A stretch of DNA of 63,268 nucleotides, filler included, from Choristocarpus tenellus KU-1152 (GCA_964200185.2; 9 parts of 9 records of this genome joined end to end with filler, not necessarily neighbours in it), one strand, 5' to 3'. Shown: positions 39,478-53,330, numbered from the whole stretch's first letter. The notes: generated by a model not told the origin, from the letters alone. Numbers and translations: made by a program.

Positions 39478-42193
39478 ATCATCAATAAGTCTATATTGAG
39501 TGTTCTGATGAGATAGACATTTATGAAGTGATGGGATAGAGTCACACAAGGCCTTGATGGTATTGGAAATAGGATAGTGAAGGTGATGCAAGATGAAAAG
39601 AAATTTGTGAGCATCGTTGGTTGTAGCAAAAATCAGAGATCACAGGATTTCCTAACGCCATATGACAGGAGGATAAAGATAGATATGTGACCCTGGAATG
39701 GGAGAAAAGGGACACAAGAGAACACATCCTGATACCCTACAGTCGAAAGATAATAGTAGATGTGTGATCGTGCAACAGGCGAATAGAATTGTGGAACTAG
39801 AGTTCAACAAGGTGGGATACATGACTAGAAAACCAGAAAAACAACTTTAATAGTTCACACGATGTAGAGAATGAATTAATTGAGCTGAGAGATATTGGAT
39901 GATGAGCGTAGTTTCATAGAGTACAAGGATTGAAGGATAAATTTATATCGTCTTTCACTATGGGGTAGGAATGAACACGCTCCTTGTATCGAGTGATTTG
40001 ACAAATTATAACAGAGAGAGCAAGGCTGAAGTATAGAGCGTAGAGTTGAGCTTTCGACATGTGATATAAATTACTATTGACCTCACACTGAGCGTCAGTC
40101 ACAGGGCAGTGGTCAGATTGTGTTTTATGTTTTCTGCTATTGACCCTTGGTGTGATGGTGAATGTTAATATCCGGTGATAATGAAAAGAGTGGTGGTATC
40201 AGACTATTTTTTACCATGAGTAATGTCTGTCAACCAGTTTCTTGTTGAATGCTATATCGACACCTTGTGTAATAGAGAAGGGAAAGCGTTTTTTCTAACC
40301 TAGACGACTTACATAGAAGTAAGGGATAGGGAGAAGAAATATAGAACAAAGAGCCAGTGTTACAAAACACTACTTGCTGCTTCCCTTGGTGAGATATGCA
40401 GCTCCAAGTCACAAGCCTCTAGCCTGTTGATGAGAATCTATGACAGTGCCTATGATATGCCAATAGCCTGATAATCAACAGAAACGGATGGTTATCTGGC
40501 GATTTGTTAGAAATATTGTTATTGGGTCAAAGTATCTTGGGGGGGGGGGGNNNNNNNNNNNNNNNNNNNNNNNNNNNNNNNNNNNNNNNNNNNNTTAATT
40601 AATTAANNNNNNNNNNNNNNNNNNNNNNNNNNNNNNNNNNNNNNNNNNNNCCCCCTCCCCTTATGTTGACCTCTCTCTTTCCTGCACACAGACCGATCAT
40701 TTTAGGATCAGGCCCTGTTGTTGTTGGCAACTGACAAAATGTGTTTCCTTTTTTCAGGAACGGTGACATTTAAATGTCGAACTTTTTTCTCTTTTGTATT
40801 GTATGAAGAAAATATATATACGTATCATATATTTTTTCAATATTTTTGTAAAGAGAATGCTGCATTTTTGGAAAAAATGAAAATGATGGTATATATAAAT
40901 GTGTCACTAATAGCAATGAATATGCCCTGCACAAGCTTTATCCTTCTTGTGAAGCTGCTCTTCTCAATACCGTCCGGTGGTAAATGGTTGGTGTGCTTGA
41001 GGTGGCTCCGTATTACGTTCACCTCCCCTTGAAAAAAACAATATCTGGGTCTTGTGCCTGCTGTGCCTGCTGTGCCTGCTGCATCGATGGACTGATAAAT
41101 ACATCTTTTGTAATCCTAACTGACTATGGATAGAGGTTATTGCTGTGTGGAGAAGGGGAAATACCCAAGTATATGCATAACTACATATGAATTTGGTGAT
41201 GTATAGGCATCGATCGATTTCCTTCCACGTAGTTTATTGTGCTGCCTCCACCCCCTATCTTTTTTCCTGTTTTTATCCTCCCAGGGTTCGCTTAGTTTAT
41301 CTTTTGATATATGTCACCATCCTGCTTGCTTATAGCCTCTCCTGCCTCGCTTAGCCTCCAAGCCTTTTCTGCTCTCATTACCTGGTTGCCTTGCCTGCTC
41401 CCCTCATCTACGTGCATTGGATTTCTATTATTGGAATATCTGCATGAATTTTGAACTCTTCGAATGACAAGTCTATATTTTTGAAAAAAAAAATACCTAC
41501 AAGCTTTAATACCTGATTAATATTTACTTCTCAGAGATTGTGTGTAGTATGGACTAGCCTGTATGTATCTACCAACAGTTCAAACGTGTTGTGTGTTTGT
41601 GGCATTTTTGAACAGTCAATTGAACTCAGAGTGATCACATCCGTGGGCTTCCACATACTCGTAGATGGCGTATGCTACTCTCAACAACAGTAGCTCAAAT
41701 CAACAGTACAATATTCACTATCGAACACTCCATGTTTGCTTGTCATAGCAAAAGAACTGCAAAGGAAAAAAAGGACCCACAAAGCAAGAAAAAGAAGTAT
41801 ATATATATGTACACACACATATATATACACATCAAAGGTGTACTTTTTCTAATTGGGTAGTCTTAAGTGTACATTTTTTGGGCATATTTTTTATGTTGAA
41901 ATTTACATGCGGTAACTTACTCCATTGCAGTATTGTTTGTACCCACATGAAGTGGGTTCTGTACTTTCAATCTATTTGAACACTCCTGAGTTAAGCCCAT
42001 TTAGCTCATGAAGTGCCTGTTCTGGAAGGCTCAGATATGCAGGGGATGAATTTCCGGAACAGACTTTGTGCCTCTGAATCACTAGAGACAATAAGCAAGG
42101 TTACTGACCTGCTCTGTATGGATTTATTTGCACCTGTCTCCTGCCTCCATCAATGTCGTTTGAAATTGAGTTGCCAGGGTATGTTATCTGTTA

Positions 42194-42370
42194 TATACCG
42201 TGATAACTATATTGAGAATAATGGTTAACAAGCAACAATTTCTGTAGTAAAATGTAGATACCGTGATAGCTAGATTGAGAACAAAGGTTAATGCGCAGCT
42301 TTTCAGTATTAACTTTTAGATACCGTGAGACCTAAGCGAAAACAGTGGTTAATGAACAACGTTTGTACTC
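42194..42370. repeat. Degenerate ~62-bp tandem repeat x3 (ATACCGTGA...GGTTAA)
   Basis: Recurring ATACCGTGA at ~42195, 42259, 42320. Confidence 0.65.
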
Positions 42371-42463
42371 CAGAAAGTACACAGGTGCCTGATTTCGGGA
42401 GATACTACTGGTGCGGTCGCACTCTGTTGTACAACATATTTGTTTATTCTTCTTGTCCAGCAG

Positions 42464-42634
42464 GTGACATTGCCTGCAGTGACATCGAGCCTTTGCCCGG
42501 AAGGAGCCCTATTTTCAGAGAGCACAGGGCACTGCTACGTCAAGAGCATCAATACGGAGAAGGCCAGCGGGGTGGATGATGCCGATGTGAGGTGTCAGAC
42601 AACTGGGGGCTGGCTCATCGCTATAGAGGATGAG
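42464..42634 (+). CDS. Exon encoding N-terminal half of a C-type-lectin-like domain; further candidate exons at ~46865-46982 and 48045-48155
   Basis: AG/GT-bounded 171-nt exon: CPEGALFSESTGHCY...ADVRCQTTGGWLIAIEDE fits the CP-G...CY...A...C...GG-L--I pattern. Confidence 0.6.
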
Positions 42635-42677
42635 GTGGGGTATATATGTGGAGAAGTTGTAAAAATAGGCGAGGTCA

Positions 42678-42935
42678 GAGCCAAAGTATCTTAGAGGGTA
42701 GAGCCGTGTCCATTTGGGGGCCAAAATCAAATGTTGCAATTTTGATGTAATTTCGGCTAGCGTATTTGCTAGGAAGTGTCAATATCCTTAATCCAGACAC
42801 ACCTTTTCATAACATTCACATTTTACCTACTCTGAAACATTTCGGAATATGAAAATGCAATAGAACACCCGTGGGAAGCCAAGTCCCAAATGGACAAACA
42901 GGGCAAGTCTCCTACCCTCTAAGATACTTTCACTC
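42678..42935. mobile_element. MITE family A copy, 3-bp flank repeat TCA
   Basis: TIRs and interior. Confidence 0.92.
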
Positions 42936-44090
42936 TCACCGTTCACTCTCTTACAGGATATACGCAGTACGGAGTTCTTGTTGCACTATTGATGACAATG
43001 CCTGTATTGTTTATTCCAGATGCGTGACAGCATTTTTTTTTGCATGCCTGTAATTGACATCCACTCCAGGCTTCAATAGTTGGGAAAAGGAGGAAAGCAA
43101 TCAAGGGGTTTTTCCGCACTTTGGGAGGCGTACAAAAGCATTGTCATGAGTTAGATTTAGTATTAAGCAACTTCCATCTGTCATTCGTGATTCGGTGTGT
43201 GTGTGTGTGTGTGTGTGTTTTAAACACAGTAAAGGGCCAAAGTTACAGGTTTCTGGTTCAGTCCTTGAGGGTCTTGAAGGTTTTTGTGAGTGACAGTTAA
43301 TGGGATATGGAGGGGTGTTAGAGATGGGGTTAGGGCTGTGGTTGTATGTATTGGGGTGAGGTGTGGTACAGTGGTTCAAATACGCACAAACGACTCCCCC
43401 GGTGGTGTTTATTATAGGGGCATGAGACAGTGTTAGGACTTGTTGTGGGTTTGTTGTAGGGTTAGGGTAATAGTAATGTTCATTCTTCCTGTTTAGGGTT
43501 AACGTTATAATAGAACCTTATGAGCTTGAGCGATCATTTGGATAGTAAGTTTTTGTGAACCACCTCCAGTGGTCCATTAGAAAGCACCTGTTTGTATTGG
43601 TGGAAACAACATCAGATGTCCTGGACTCCTGTGCTGATCTCGTCGGGGATAGCAGCTTCAATGACGATCATGCTTTGGGATAAATCAAACTTGTCAGCTT
43701 GTGTCAGAACTTTCAGTAAACCCCTGAGCTATCGAGGAGATAGTGAGCTCAGTATCTCCTCAATAGCTTAGGGGTGCACAAAAGGTTCCAACTAAAGCTA
43801 GTCCCTGGGATAACAAGTTGTCAGATTTGGTGAGGTTTTGTAGTGTTGGCTAGGATGCAACATACATACTTATCACCAGTGAAGACTCATTGCTAAGGCC
43901 TCTGAACCCTCTCCTCCCCACCCCCACTCCCCACATACAATTATGCTTGTGCTTGCGGATGATCCTCCCTCCTTTGCTGAGGATCGATACTTCCAATACC
44001 CAATGCCCTGTGACATTGTTCGAACACAGGGAACTGACCATATGATCTCTACTAACCGTTTGATCTCTGTTACCATGCGGTCTCTAGGAA

Positions 44091-44136
<46 letters not shown>

Positions 44137-45259
44137 CACTCTCTCCTTCCTGAGTAACAAGCGTATGTTCATGTCTAGATGCTCCTTGGCTCTATTGACA
44201 TTCTTCAGTTTATTTATTGTGTTCACATTTGTCTCAGGGGCTTACGTACCCCGCTGGAACTTTCTTTTAAAATGTTACATTTTTTCAGTATGTTTTTTTT
44301 TAATACTCCTCTCCAATAGCCAATTGAAAGCAAGAACAGGAGTATGGATTAGTAGTACTTATAATGTGATTAATACGAAGTAATAATGATGTAATTAAGA
44401 AATGGTGATAATGGTAAGGCTGAGGGGGGGGCAAATAATATTACCTAAAGTAATATTTTGTACCAACTGAAACATCTGAAATTTTAAATTAAACCAATAG
44501 GACGTATTTGACCAGCAATTTCCTCCTTTTTTCTTATTTTTTCCCAAATTGATCTGCTTTGATTTTTTCTTTTCTGTGATGTCACTCTCCTCCCCCCCCC
44601 ATCGCCCCACTCCCTCTACCCCAATGGTTACCTCCACCTGTACAAGGCCGAAAATATGTTTCTAGTTCATAACCTCTTGTGGGTTGGGTTCTTTGGAGAG
44701 ACTTATACAGGGCTGAAGAGAGAGAAAGGAGGACTGTGGGAGTGGCCAGAGGCGGTGAGTGCCTCGAATTTCGATATGTTTTCTGAGATAACATATTTTG
44801 AAAGTGATGATATTCGTAGGACGATAATTTAGTGACATTGGTAAGAATTGTTTAATACTATACAAGTTTATTTTTTTAGGGTTGAATAAAACATGGTCGT
44901 GTAAGTTATAATGCACTTGACTATATAAGATGTGATAGGGTTTTTTCCATATCCCTTAAAGTATGCATGTTTTCAATGGTTAAGAAGATGGACTGTTGAA
45001 AATTTTAAGACACTTGGAAGGAATTTTAGCTGCTGTGTGGTGAGTACAGAATTCGAGACAAATGGTAGTAGGTAATGTTTGCGGTGATACAAGGAGACAT
45101 CTCCGGTCCTGTCAAATTTTGTGATCATCTTGAGAAGTACCGGAGATGTCCTGTATCATTCATGTATTAGACATTTTTGTGCTAAGAAATATATTGAAAG
45201 AGATGTGGACACTTTTCTGGCAGGAGCACAAAATGATCCCTTTAAGAAATACTTGTACA

Positions 45260-45440
45260 TATAATACATAAGAAGAAAATGAGCCTGTAATATTGGCAAT
45301 ATAGCTTTTATAGATATGCACGAGAAGACAATGAGCCTGAAATTTAATGACATCACAGTTTTTGTACATGTGCATGAGAAGAAAATGAACCTTACACAAT
45401 GACATTTTACCTTTCATACATATGCATGAGAAGAAAACTA
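45260..45440. repeat. Degenerate ~52-bp tandem repeat (CATGAGAAGAAAATGA core) x4
   Basis: Core recurs at ~45270, 45321, 45373, 45425. Confidence 0.6.
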
Positions 45441-45870
45441 GTCTGAAATATTTACATTATAGTTTTCCGAGTTGGATAGAAAGCGCATGTCCCTCTCTCT
45501 GTACATCAGAGACAGATGTTCCATACACATTTGTTGGTTGAGGTGGTGTGTGTTTGTTGCAGGATAGGGCTTGTGTCCATTCAGACAGTACAGGCAAGGG
45601 CTACTGTAAAAGAGGACTAGGAGAGAGAAGTCATTCGTTGCAATATTTGAGAGAAACAAGAAAGTCTGCCCAGAACAGGGTGCAGGTACACATTAATATC
45701 TTTGAGTCCCTTGTAAAAAAAAGAGCAAGTGAGATACACTGCCTATCGCTCATAATAAGATCATTTAAGTCTAATTACTATTATTATTTTTACTAGTTTG
45801 GTAGGACTTAATGTTGATTAGTAAAGAACTTGCACATTTAGTTGAAATTTTTGTGCGTATATTAGTTACT

Positions 45871-46134
45871 GGCTCAAAGTATCTGAGGGGGGGGNNNNNN
45901 NNNNGAATTGGAAATTTTGGTTGATTTTTTTTGCGGTTTATGTGTTGCGGGCTAAAAGTGTCGGGGGGGGGGGGGGGGTTCTACACGAGAGTGCCCATTC
46001 GGTTCTTGACCAGGAGAAGTGCACTTACATTATCCATCCAACGCATGCAACCAAATCACCCTAAAATTGCGACATTGGAAAATGGGCCCCGAATGGAAAA
46101 CAGCGATCCCCCCCCCACCCAGACACTTTGAGCC
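45871..46134. mobile_element. MITE family B copy spanning an N gap, TSD TACT
   Basis: TACT|GGCTCAAAG ... CTTTGAGCC|TACT. Confidence 0.8.
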
Positions 46135-47130
46135 TACTATATATTTGGAGTGTCAAGGATTATTAGAACAGAGCTACAAGCAAGAGGTTAGTTGACAAAC
46201 CATTGTGAAGCACGATAGCCCTATCAAGCAACCTCAGGCCCTTCATTTGGGCGGGTAGAGTGGCGAGGGAAGGAGCACGGTGTTTTGAGGGGATGAGAGG
46301 TGAGGCGAAGATAAGGAAAGGATTTTCATTATTATACCAATATGTATATATCAAGAATATATATTTGCTGATACCTCTCTCTTTGAAATATATTAATCTA
46401 GTAGTACCCAAGGCGGTAGCCCTTCTCCTCACTATGAACAGGTGACAAATGTATGTTCAGAAGAAGGTAAATATGGAGTGTCTTCCAAGGGGAGGGACTT
46501 GCTTGTTCTGGTTGGGATCAGTTCTAATGATGGTCGGAGTGGATGAGGAAATACCACATCGGAAAAGCGTTTATTGCAACTCTGCAGCAGGCGGTGTAGA
46601 GTACTAAGTAGATAGTATACTATGTCCGAACTGGCAAAGGTTTTAGGGCAGCTACATAATATATTTTATTATTTGCAAGATCACTGCAAAATTATCGAAA
46701 ATCCGGTATCATTTTTTTTCGCATGTGGACCCTGCCTCCGAATATTGTTTGAACTGATGCTTAACGGAATGTGCCTCAAATACCCCCCCCCTCAAAGATA
46801 CTATGGGTCTGTATATATCTCTGGGTCAGTATGAATCTTTGTTATTTCAACTTTTTGGTCACAGAAAGGATAGGTGTTTCATGGTGTTGGCAATCAGACT
46901 CAACGTGGGAAGCAGGTTGGTCAGGTTCTTTCATTGTCTGTTATTGGCCAGGAACAACATCATTGTCATGGTACTGCACAAAGTAACTGTCCCTGCATGT
47001 TCCCATCCAATCAGAGGACTGCCCGATGACATTAACGACCTAGATGCGTTTATTTTGTGTATATGCAGATGTCACATAGGAAATCGACCTTTTTGAAATA
47101 TTTTGACATTTTGGCGTAGGTTGATCTAAT

Positions 47131-47404
47131 GAACCAAAGCTATCAAAAGTGTAGGAGTTTTGCCCTGTTTGTCCATTTGGGGCTTGGCTTCCCACCATGG
47201 GCTTTTTTATGCCCTTTTTCGGTTTTCTGTGTGAACGCAGTACCTATAATGCATACTACTATGAAAGGTGACTATGAAAGGTGTGTCTGAAGTAAGGATA
47301 TTGACACTTGCTAACAAACTCAATAGCTACAATGAATAAAAATAGCAAAATTGGATTTATGACTCCAAACGGACGTGGTCATACCCTCTTAAATGCTTTG
47401 ATTC
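47131..47404. mobile_element. MITE family A, divergent subfamily (shares interior with 59862-60119), 3-bp flank AAT
   Basis: Shared TTTTCGGTTTTCTGTGTGAAC interior replacing the central hairpin. Confidence 0.8.
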
Positions 47405-48817
47405 AATTGCCTCTCAAGATGTAATATTCGGGCCGGCATATATTAACCAAGTTAACGCTTTCATTTTGATAAGTCCATTTGGTTTTGGAGTGCTGTTGAT
47501 GGATTGGTTACAAAAATGGAAGAGTTCAGATGATAACGTACCTTCTGAATGCTGTTGAAGCTTCAAATCGTGATGAACTAACGCCCTTGGTCTCCTTACC
47601 ATACAGTTGATTTGACACAGAAATGAGATGTTATCCTATGATCATGGGCGCAAGCCATATCATTTATCACAGGAATATACTTGAGTGGTGTAAAACCCTC
47701 CTGCATAATGTATCATGCAACTTCTGTATATTAACGAAGGCATTCATTGTATGTAATACAAACTATGTTGCATTTTGATACTATTGCATCATTCTCTTTG
47801 TAATTTTTTTTTTCACCCATTTCTGAATGTATCTGGAAAATTTCAGTGTTCAAGAATTAGAAATAATAGTAAGAATAAAATAGAAGAAGATTTGCAGGTC
47901 AGGCTTAAAAAAAAAAATGATTGAAGGGATCGAATTTATAATATATTCGATGTTTGTGATGTTGAGTCGCGTGGATCTTAGTCTGGTCAACTGCATGAGG
48001 GGTTTTATCTCTCACAGTGGATAGTGCCATACCCTCCTTCACAGGCAATTGCAGAAGGAGAGATTCAACTGTGCGAGAAAGCTTATTCAGAGTGGATGCC
48101 AAACAAGAACTGTTCCTCAGTATACAGTGATGAACATGAGGGTCGCTCCTGTATGGTGAGTCCCCTCTGTTCCTTTCTGCCTACACAGAAAATGTGTTTA
48201 TGTGCACATACTATGTAGTATTGTGTGTGTATGTATTGTGTATGTATGCATGCATGTGTTATGTACTCTGAATATGTTTGTGAGTGTGTGTTTGATGACT
48301 ATGATGGAAAAGGTGATACTTTTTCAGCATCACTTTTTCACAAATTAATCCGTACTGAAAAATATAGAATATTTTTCATCAGCCCAACAGGATGTCTCTT
48401 TTAAAATCAATGTGTAACTATCTGGCAATGGAGATATGTTTGTATGTATGTATATCTATATGTGCGAATGTACTTGTGTACATTGCTCTCATCTCACAAT
48501 TCGTGTGTCAAAGTTCAGAGTTGGTTTGAGTTGAGTTCAAGGGCTAGTTGAAGTAAAGGGGTGACATAGAGAGGTCTAGAAAATAAACAGAAAGCAATGG
48601 CAAGAACACACACGTACATGTATGCACTCACTCACACATACGTATAAATACCCACATGTGCGTATAGGCTCAAAGTATCTGGGGAGGGGGGGGGAGGGGC
48701 CTACNNNNNNNNNNNNNNNNNNNNNNNNNNNNNNNNNNNNNNNNNNNNTTAATTAATTAANNNNNNNNNNNNNNNNNNNNNNNNNNNNNNNNNNNNNNNN
48801 NNNNGGTGGGGGGGGGG

Positions 48818-48860
<43 letters not shown>

Positions 48861-49016
48861 GGGACCTCTGTCTAATTCTGGAGCACTTCTTAGACAATTT
48901 CTCGCTATGTTTTTTTTGTCGGGGTTTTTTCCTGAGAGCATATCCGTGTGTGTGATCTTGGTGTGACCTCTTCACCCCCATCTCTTTCCCTGCTTTTTAA
49001 TTTTCTCATGTGGCAG

Positions 49017-49160
49017 GTGGTTGATCACACGAGGGAAGGCGTGAGCCAGCTTCAGAAGGCTGAGGAGCATCAAAAGGCGGCGTTGCCTGTGAAGTGTATT
49101 GTAGTCCTGTTGCTCCTCATCTTCCTAATGCTTGGATTGCTTGTGTGGAAGCACTCATGA
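49017..49160 (+). CDS. Final exon of a Qa-SNARE, syntaxin-16/Tlg2/SYP4-like
   Basis: VVDHTREGVSQLQKAEEHQK followed by C-terminal TM anchor and stop; AG acceptor at 49015-16. Confidence 0.8.
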   Translation: MVDHTREGVSQLQKAEEHQKAALPVKCIVVLLLLIFLMLGLLVWKHS

Positions 49161-50409
49161 CCACCGCCAGTACAAGCCTGGGAAAACCTCTGGCTTCCTA
49201 TCCGCCACCAAGGCAAACCACTCACTACGGGCCCTGGAATACAATTAGATCTGTTGGTGAGGGGAGGGGCTGCTAGCGATAGATTGTGAGGATGCTTTGT
49301 TGTTCTACATGACCATGGGTTGGTTGATAAGACGTTGACGTTGGTGTTGATTTTGCGATCTACTTGGGTCTTCTCAGTGGCATACGCTGCTGGAAGCGAG
49401 GCAAGACGAAAAGCACTCCAGTGTGACAGACTGCTGACAGATGGTGCAAGGACGATGGGGTGTAGGGTGGGGGGGTGTTTTTTGCTTGGTGAGTACACTC
49501 TGTTTGTTGGGGCCTGGTTAGGGTTAGGGCCTGGTGTGGTAGTTGTCCATCCCGTCAGTGTTTACAACGTTTTGTTTTGTTTTTTGGAGGGGGGGGTTGG
49601 GGTGTACCTTTTCAACACAGATGTCTCTACTAATGTTCAGTTTTTTGTGTTTTTCAATTACCCAACTCTCTTCTTTTCTCGCTAGGGTTTGTTACAATAG
49701 AATGGGATGATTTTGCTTGATATCGAACAGCCTTTGCTTTGTGGTGATTGCGCGGCAACCCGGGGTAGTTCTCCTTGCCCATCCTGGCAGAGCTCGTGTG
49801 GAATGGTGATGCCTGTAGCTGCAGTCAAGGGGTGTTTATCCTTTTTTGTGAGTGAGGTAGGGTGGTAAGATACGCTAGTGGCCAGACAGCTAGTATTTCT
49901 TGTTTTTTATATAATGTTCGAGGTTTTTTATGCCGCTCGCCCTTGCCTAGATGGTCTATGACAGGTAAAATATACCTTTAATTGTCACAGAGATCTTCGC
50001 AGAGGTCTGCAGTCAGTCAAGGTGAAAACGTGATGAAGTTGTTTGTTGAGTTGCTGTGTGTTCTTGGTCTTGTAATGAACTAGTACTATTTTTATTATTA
50101 TTATTATTATTGTTGTTGTTGATCCTTCGGAAGTAATGATAATCAGGGAAACACACGCGCACAAATCAACTCTTGATAACAATGGGGATGATGCCATGTG
50201 TACTTGTGATGTTTAGTGAAGGTAAAGGAGCATCCTGGTCAATTGTTCCGTGTAGTCCTTGCTGAATGTGATTTTTTTGGACTGCGTTCAGCCGCTCCTG
50301 TAATGAGATGGCATTGCAGAATTTTCCGAGACTTTTCCGGATGAATTGGTCTATGAACAATATATCGAATGAGTCAGGACAGCTCCTAAATTTGTAATGT
50401 GGAACTTCT

Positions 50410-50671
50410 GAGTGAAATTACCTCAGAGGGTACAAGTTTTGCCCTGTTTATCCGTTTGGGGCTTGGCTTTCCATGGGTGTTTTTAATGTCATCTTCCTAC
50501 TCCAAAGTGTTTTCGGAGTAGGTAAAAGGTATACCTTATGAAAAGGTGTGTTTGCAACAAGGATATTGACACTTCCTTAACAAACACAATAGCCAAAATT
50601 ATATCAAAATTGAAAAATATGATTTTGGCTCCCAAACGTACACGGCCCTACCTTCTAAGATACTTTGACTC
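50410..50671. mobile_element. MITE family A copy, TSD TTCT
   Basis: TIRs, 4-bp TSD. Confidence 0.92.
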
Positions 50672-51510
50672 TTCTGAGATCCCCCATTTTACACTACAGT
50701 GATACCAATTTGTGTCATTGGGTTGCTGACGTCATATGCTTTCATTTGATACTCTGTCAAATCAATTTATTCAGCAAGTTGTCAAATAGTATGCAAACCC
50801 ATGTATTTGACCTGAATTGTCACTCCTGGCAGTTGCTCACAAGGTCAGGGGTGCAAGCACTTGGTGCTCAAAATGAGTACCCCAATGAAAGACAAGGATG
50901 TTGAAATGGTGAAAGCCTCTCCTCCTCTCTTGTTGGAGTACGACCGGTGTTGACTGAAGCAGATGGGGTTGGTGAAACAGCTAAGGATCAGAGCTCGTCA
51001 CCAAAAAGGAGTTTTGCTTGAAAACGTCCTTGCTTGTGACCCAAGAGAGGAATATGGACCTCCACCTCCGACTGGGATGGAGAGTGTGTATTCCTTAAGA
51101 GCTTCAATGTCGAGGGATGGCTGGAGACCATGGGGAAGTGGAAGGCCAGCGGCAATTGAGGATCAAGTCCACAACTCATGCAACAGGTCACCCAAGAATG
51201 AGACCTTCGAAGCACTTCAGCACCTATGGTAGTGACAAAATTTCGTCACTTGCCTGTTGTCTGACTGGGTTTCATCACTTGCACAGGTGTTGAATTACTA
51301 TGATGGTCTCAGTCCCTGAACGAACAAACAGGGCAAAACTCTTACCCTCTTAAGTGCTTCGACTCATGGTATGTGGGAGAGGGAAACAATATGATGTACT
51401 TGTGGGGAGAAACTATCCCTTCACATTACAGGAATGAGGAAGAACATTCCAAACTGATTGAAGTCAGAAAAGGGACTTCAAAGGGAGATATGATAGTACA
51501 GACCTGTACT

Positions 51511-51762
51511 AGTATCTTAGAGGGTAGAGCCGTGTCCATTTGGGGACCATAACCCAATGTTGCAATTCTGATGTAATTTTGGCTATCGTGTTTGTTAGAA
51601 AGTGTCAACATCCATGTTCTGGACACACCTTGTCATAAGGTATACCTTTTACCTACTTCGAAACATTTTGGAGCAGGAAAATGTCATAAAAACAACTATG
51701 GGAACCCAAGCACCAACTGGACAAACAGACCAAAACTCGTACCCTCTAAGATACTTTCACTC
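51511..51762. mobile_element. MITE family A copy, left tip missing (short end fragment also at ~51320-51365)
   Basis: Interior and right TIR intact. Confidence 0.88.
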
Positions 51763-52374
51763 AGGGGTACTCCAGGAAGGCCCAAGTCTACCACCTCTTC
51801 CTGCAGATTGGCGTGGAGGCTGTCAACGACACTTAGAGTACCGAAAATAAGACTCATTGCAGACCTATGTCCTTCAGAATTGTGTAGAACTATTATCTCC
51901 CTAGATAACAGCACAATAACAAAACATTTCGATGCATTTTTGTCATCCAAAGAGTCACCTCATGGAAGGAGGGTCGCAATCCAATCACTTTGGTGAAACT
52001 CGTTTCCTGTGTGGTGTGTTAGGTACTTGACGAAACCTCCCCAACACTCCCCTGGATGGGTGGACGGACGTCAAAATATCTTTATTTTAGTATGGATACT
52101 CTAATTGTGGAATCAACAAAAGCGAAGACCACATACCTAAAAGAAGGTAGAGGATGGACATGAGAACGCATGCAACACATTTTCCTTCATGGAAAAAATC
52201 GTTCTTTATTGCAAGTTATGGTATGACAGGTGACCGATTCCACCATTACAATATAATGGGCAGTGTGAAAGAAAAGCTTTCAGACACCCTTCGCCGTAGT
52301 AGCAGAAGCTATGGTGATTGATCACCCAACCCAACCCCCCATGCCTTTCCTGTATTCTTGCACTTTCTATTGTA

Positions 52375-52650
52375 GAGGAATAGTATCTTAGAGGGGGGGG
52401 GGGGAGGTTAGGTCATGTTGTTCATTCAGTGCTCGATGGGGTGTAGCAAAATACTCCAGTTTTATGCCCTGTTTTGCGGGTGATTTTCCTTTGGATTTGG
52501 TTCAGGCAGGGGAATGGAAAAGGAAGGTGCGTTCAGATGAAGGAAATTGCCGTTACATCTGACAGGTTCACTGATATGACATGAAGATCACTACATGTTC
52601 AAACAGGCCCCCAATGGACGCCTGACACCCCCTTTAGGATACTATGGATC
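52375..52650. mobile_element. MITE family C (276 bp), TSD TGTA, TIR related to families A/B
   Basis: TGTA|GAGGAATAGTATCTTAGAGGGGG ... CCCCCTTTAGGATACTATGGATC|TGTA; different interior. Confidence 0.75.
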
Positions 52651-53260
52651 TGTACAAGGAGGGCACTTTGGTAGTGCTCTTTATGTGGTTGTTTCGCTAG
52701 CCCTTCTTGGATGCCATATGAACCCCTGCTAAAGTGGAATCTTGAGCACCCAATTGATCCCATGAGTGGGTTGTGTGATGTAGAAAGCGGAGCCAAAATT
52801 TACCATTCAATTGAACGAGTGGTTTTTATCGTGTTACTCTTGAACCAGGCAGTTCAAACACTCACCCGTGTGGTGTGCAACTTCATTCTCTCAGTCACAC
52901 TGACTTTGAAGCAGATTCTTCACCTCTTTGTCAGTTGTGACTCTCTTTACGTGGTTGGTCCATTGTAGTGACACAATCCAGTTTGAAGGACTCATTTACA
53001 TGAGTTCGGTTCGGCTCCTGCCCACGCTTCTGATTGAAATAACAGAGGATTTTCAAAATTGAGGCAGGAGCGGGACTATGAGGTTGGTTGTTTTGCGAAA
53101 ACTGTCTTTAAAAAGTACCAAAAGGTTTTTTTTTGCGACTGTATTTGCACTTAGAAGGGCNNNNNNNNNNNNNNNNNNNNNNNNNNNNNNNNNNNNNNNN
53201 NNNNTTAATTAATTAANNNNNNNNNNNNNNNNNNNNNNNNNNNNNNNNNNNNNNNNNNNN

Positions 53261-53330
53261 CACAAAAACGCGACATGAAAAAATTGACCCCAAATGGACA
53301 GCCGCTACCCCCTCCCAGATACTTTTAGCC
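53261..53330. mobile_element. MITE family B end at contig start (other ends at 40524-40550 and 48667-48704)
   Basis: CAAATGGACAGCCGC...CCCAGATACTTTTAGCC. Confidence 0.8.

Noticed and set aside
43790-43825. Resemblance to LSU rRNA peptidyl-transferase motif (GGGATAACA)
   Set aside because: Match is very short and flanks do not continue; better explained as part of a local direct repeat
50900-53030. Possible minus-strand exons in contig 48805-53160
   Set aside because: No consistent phases or recognisable product could be established by eye
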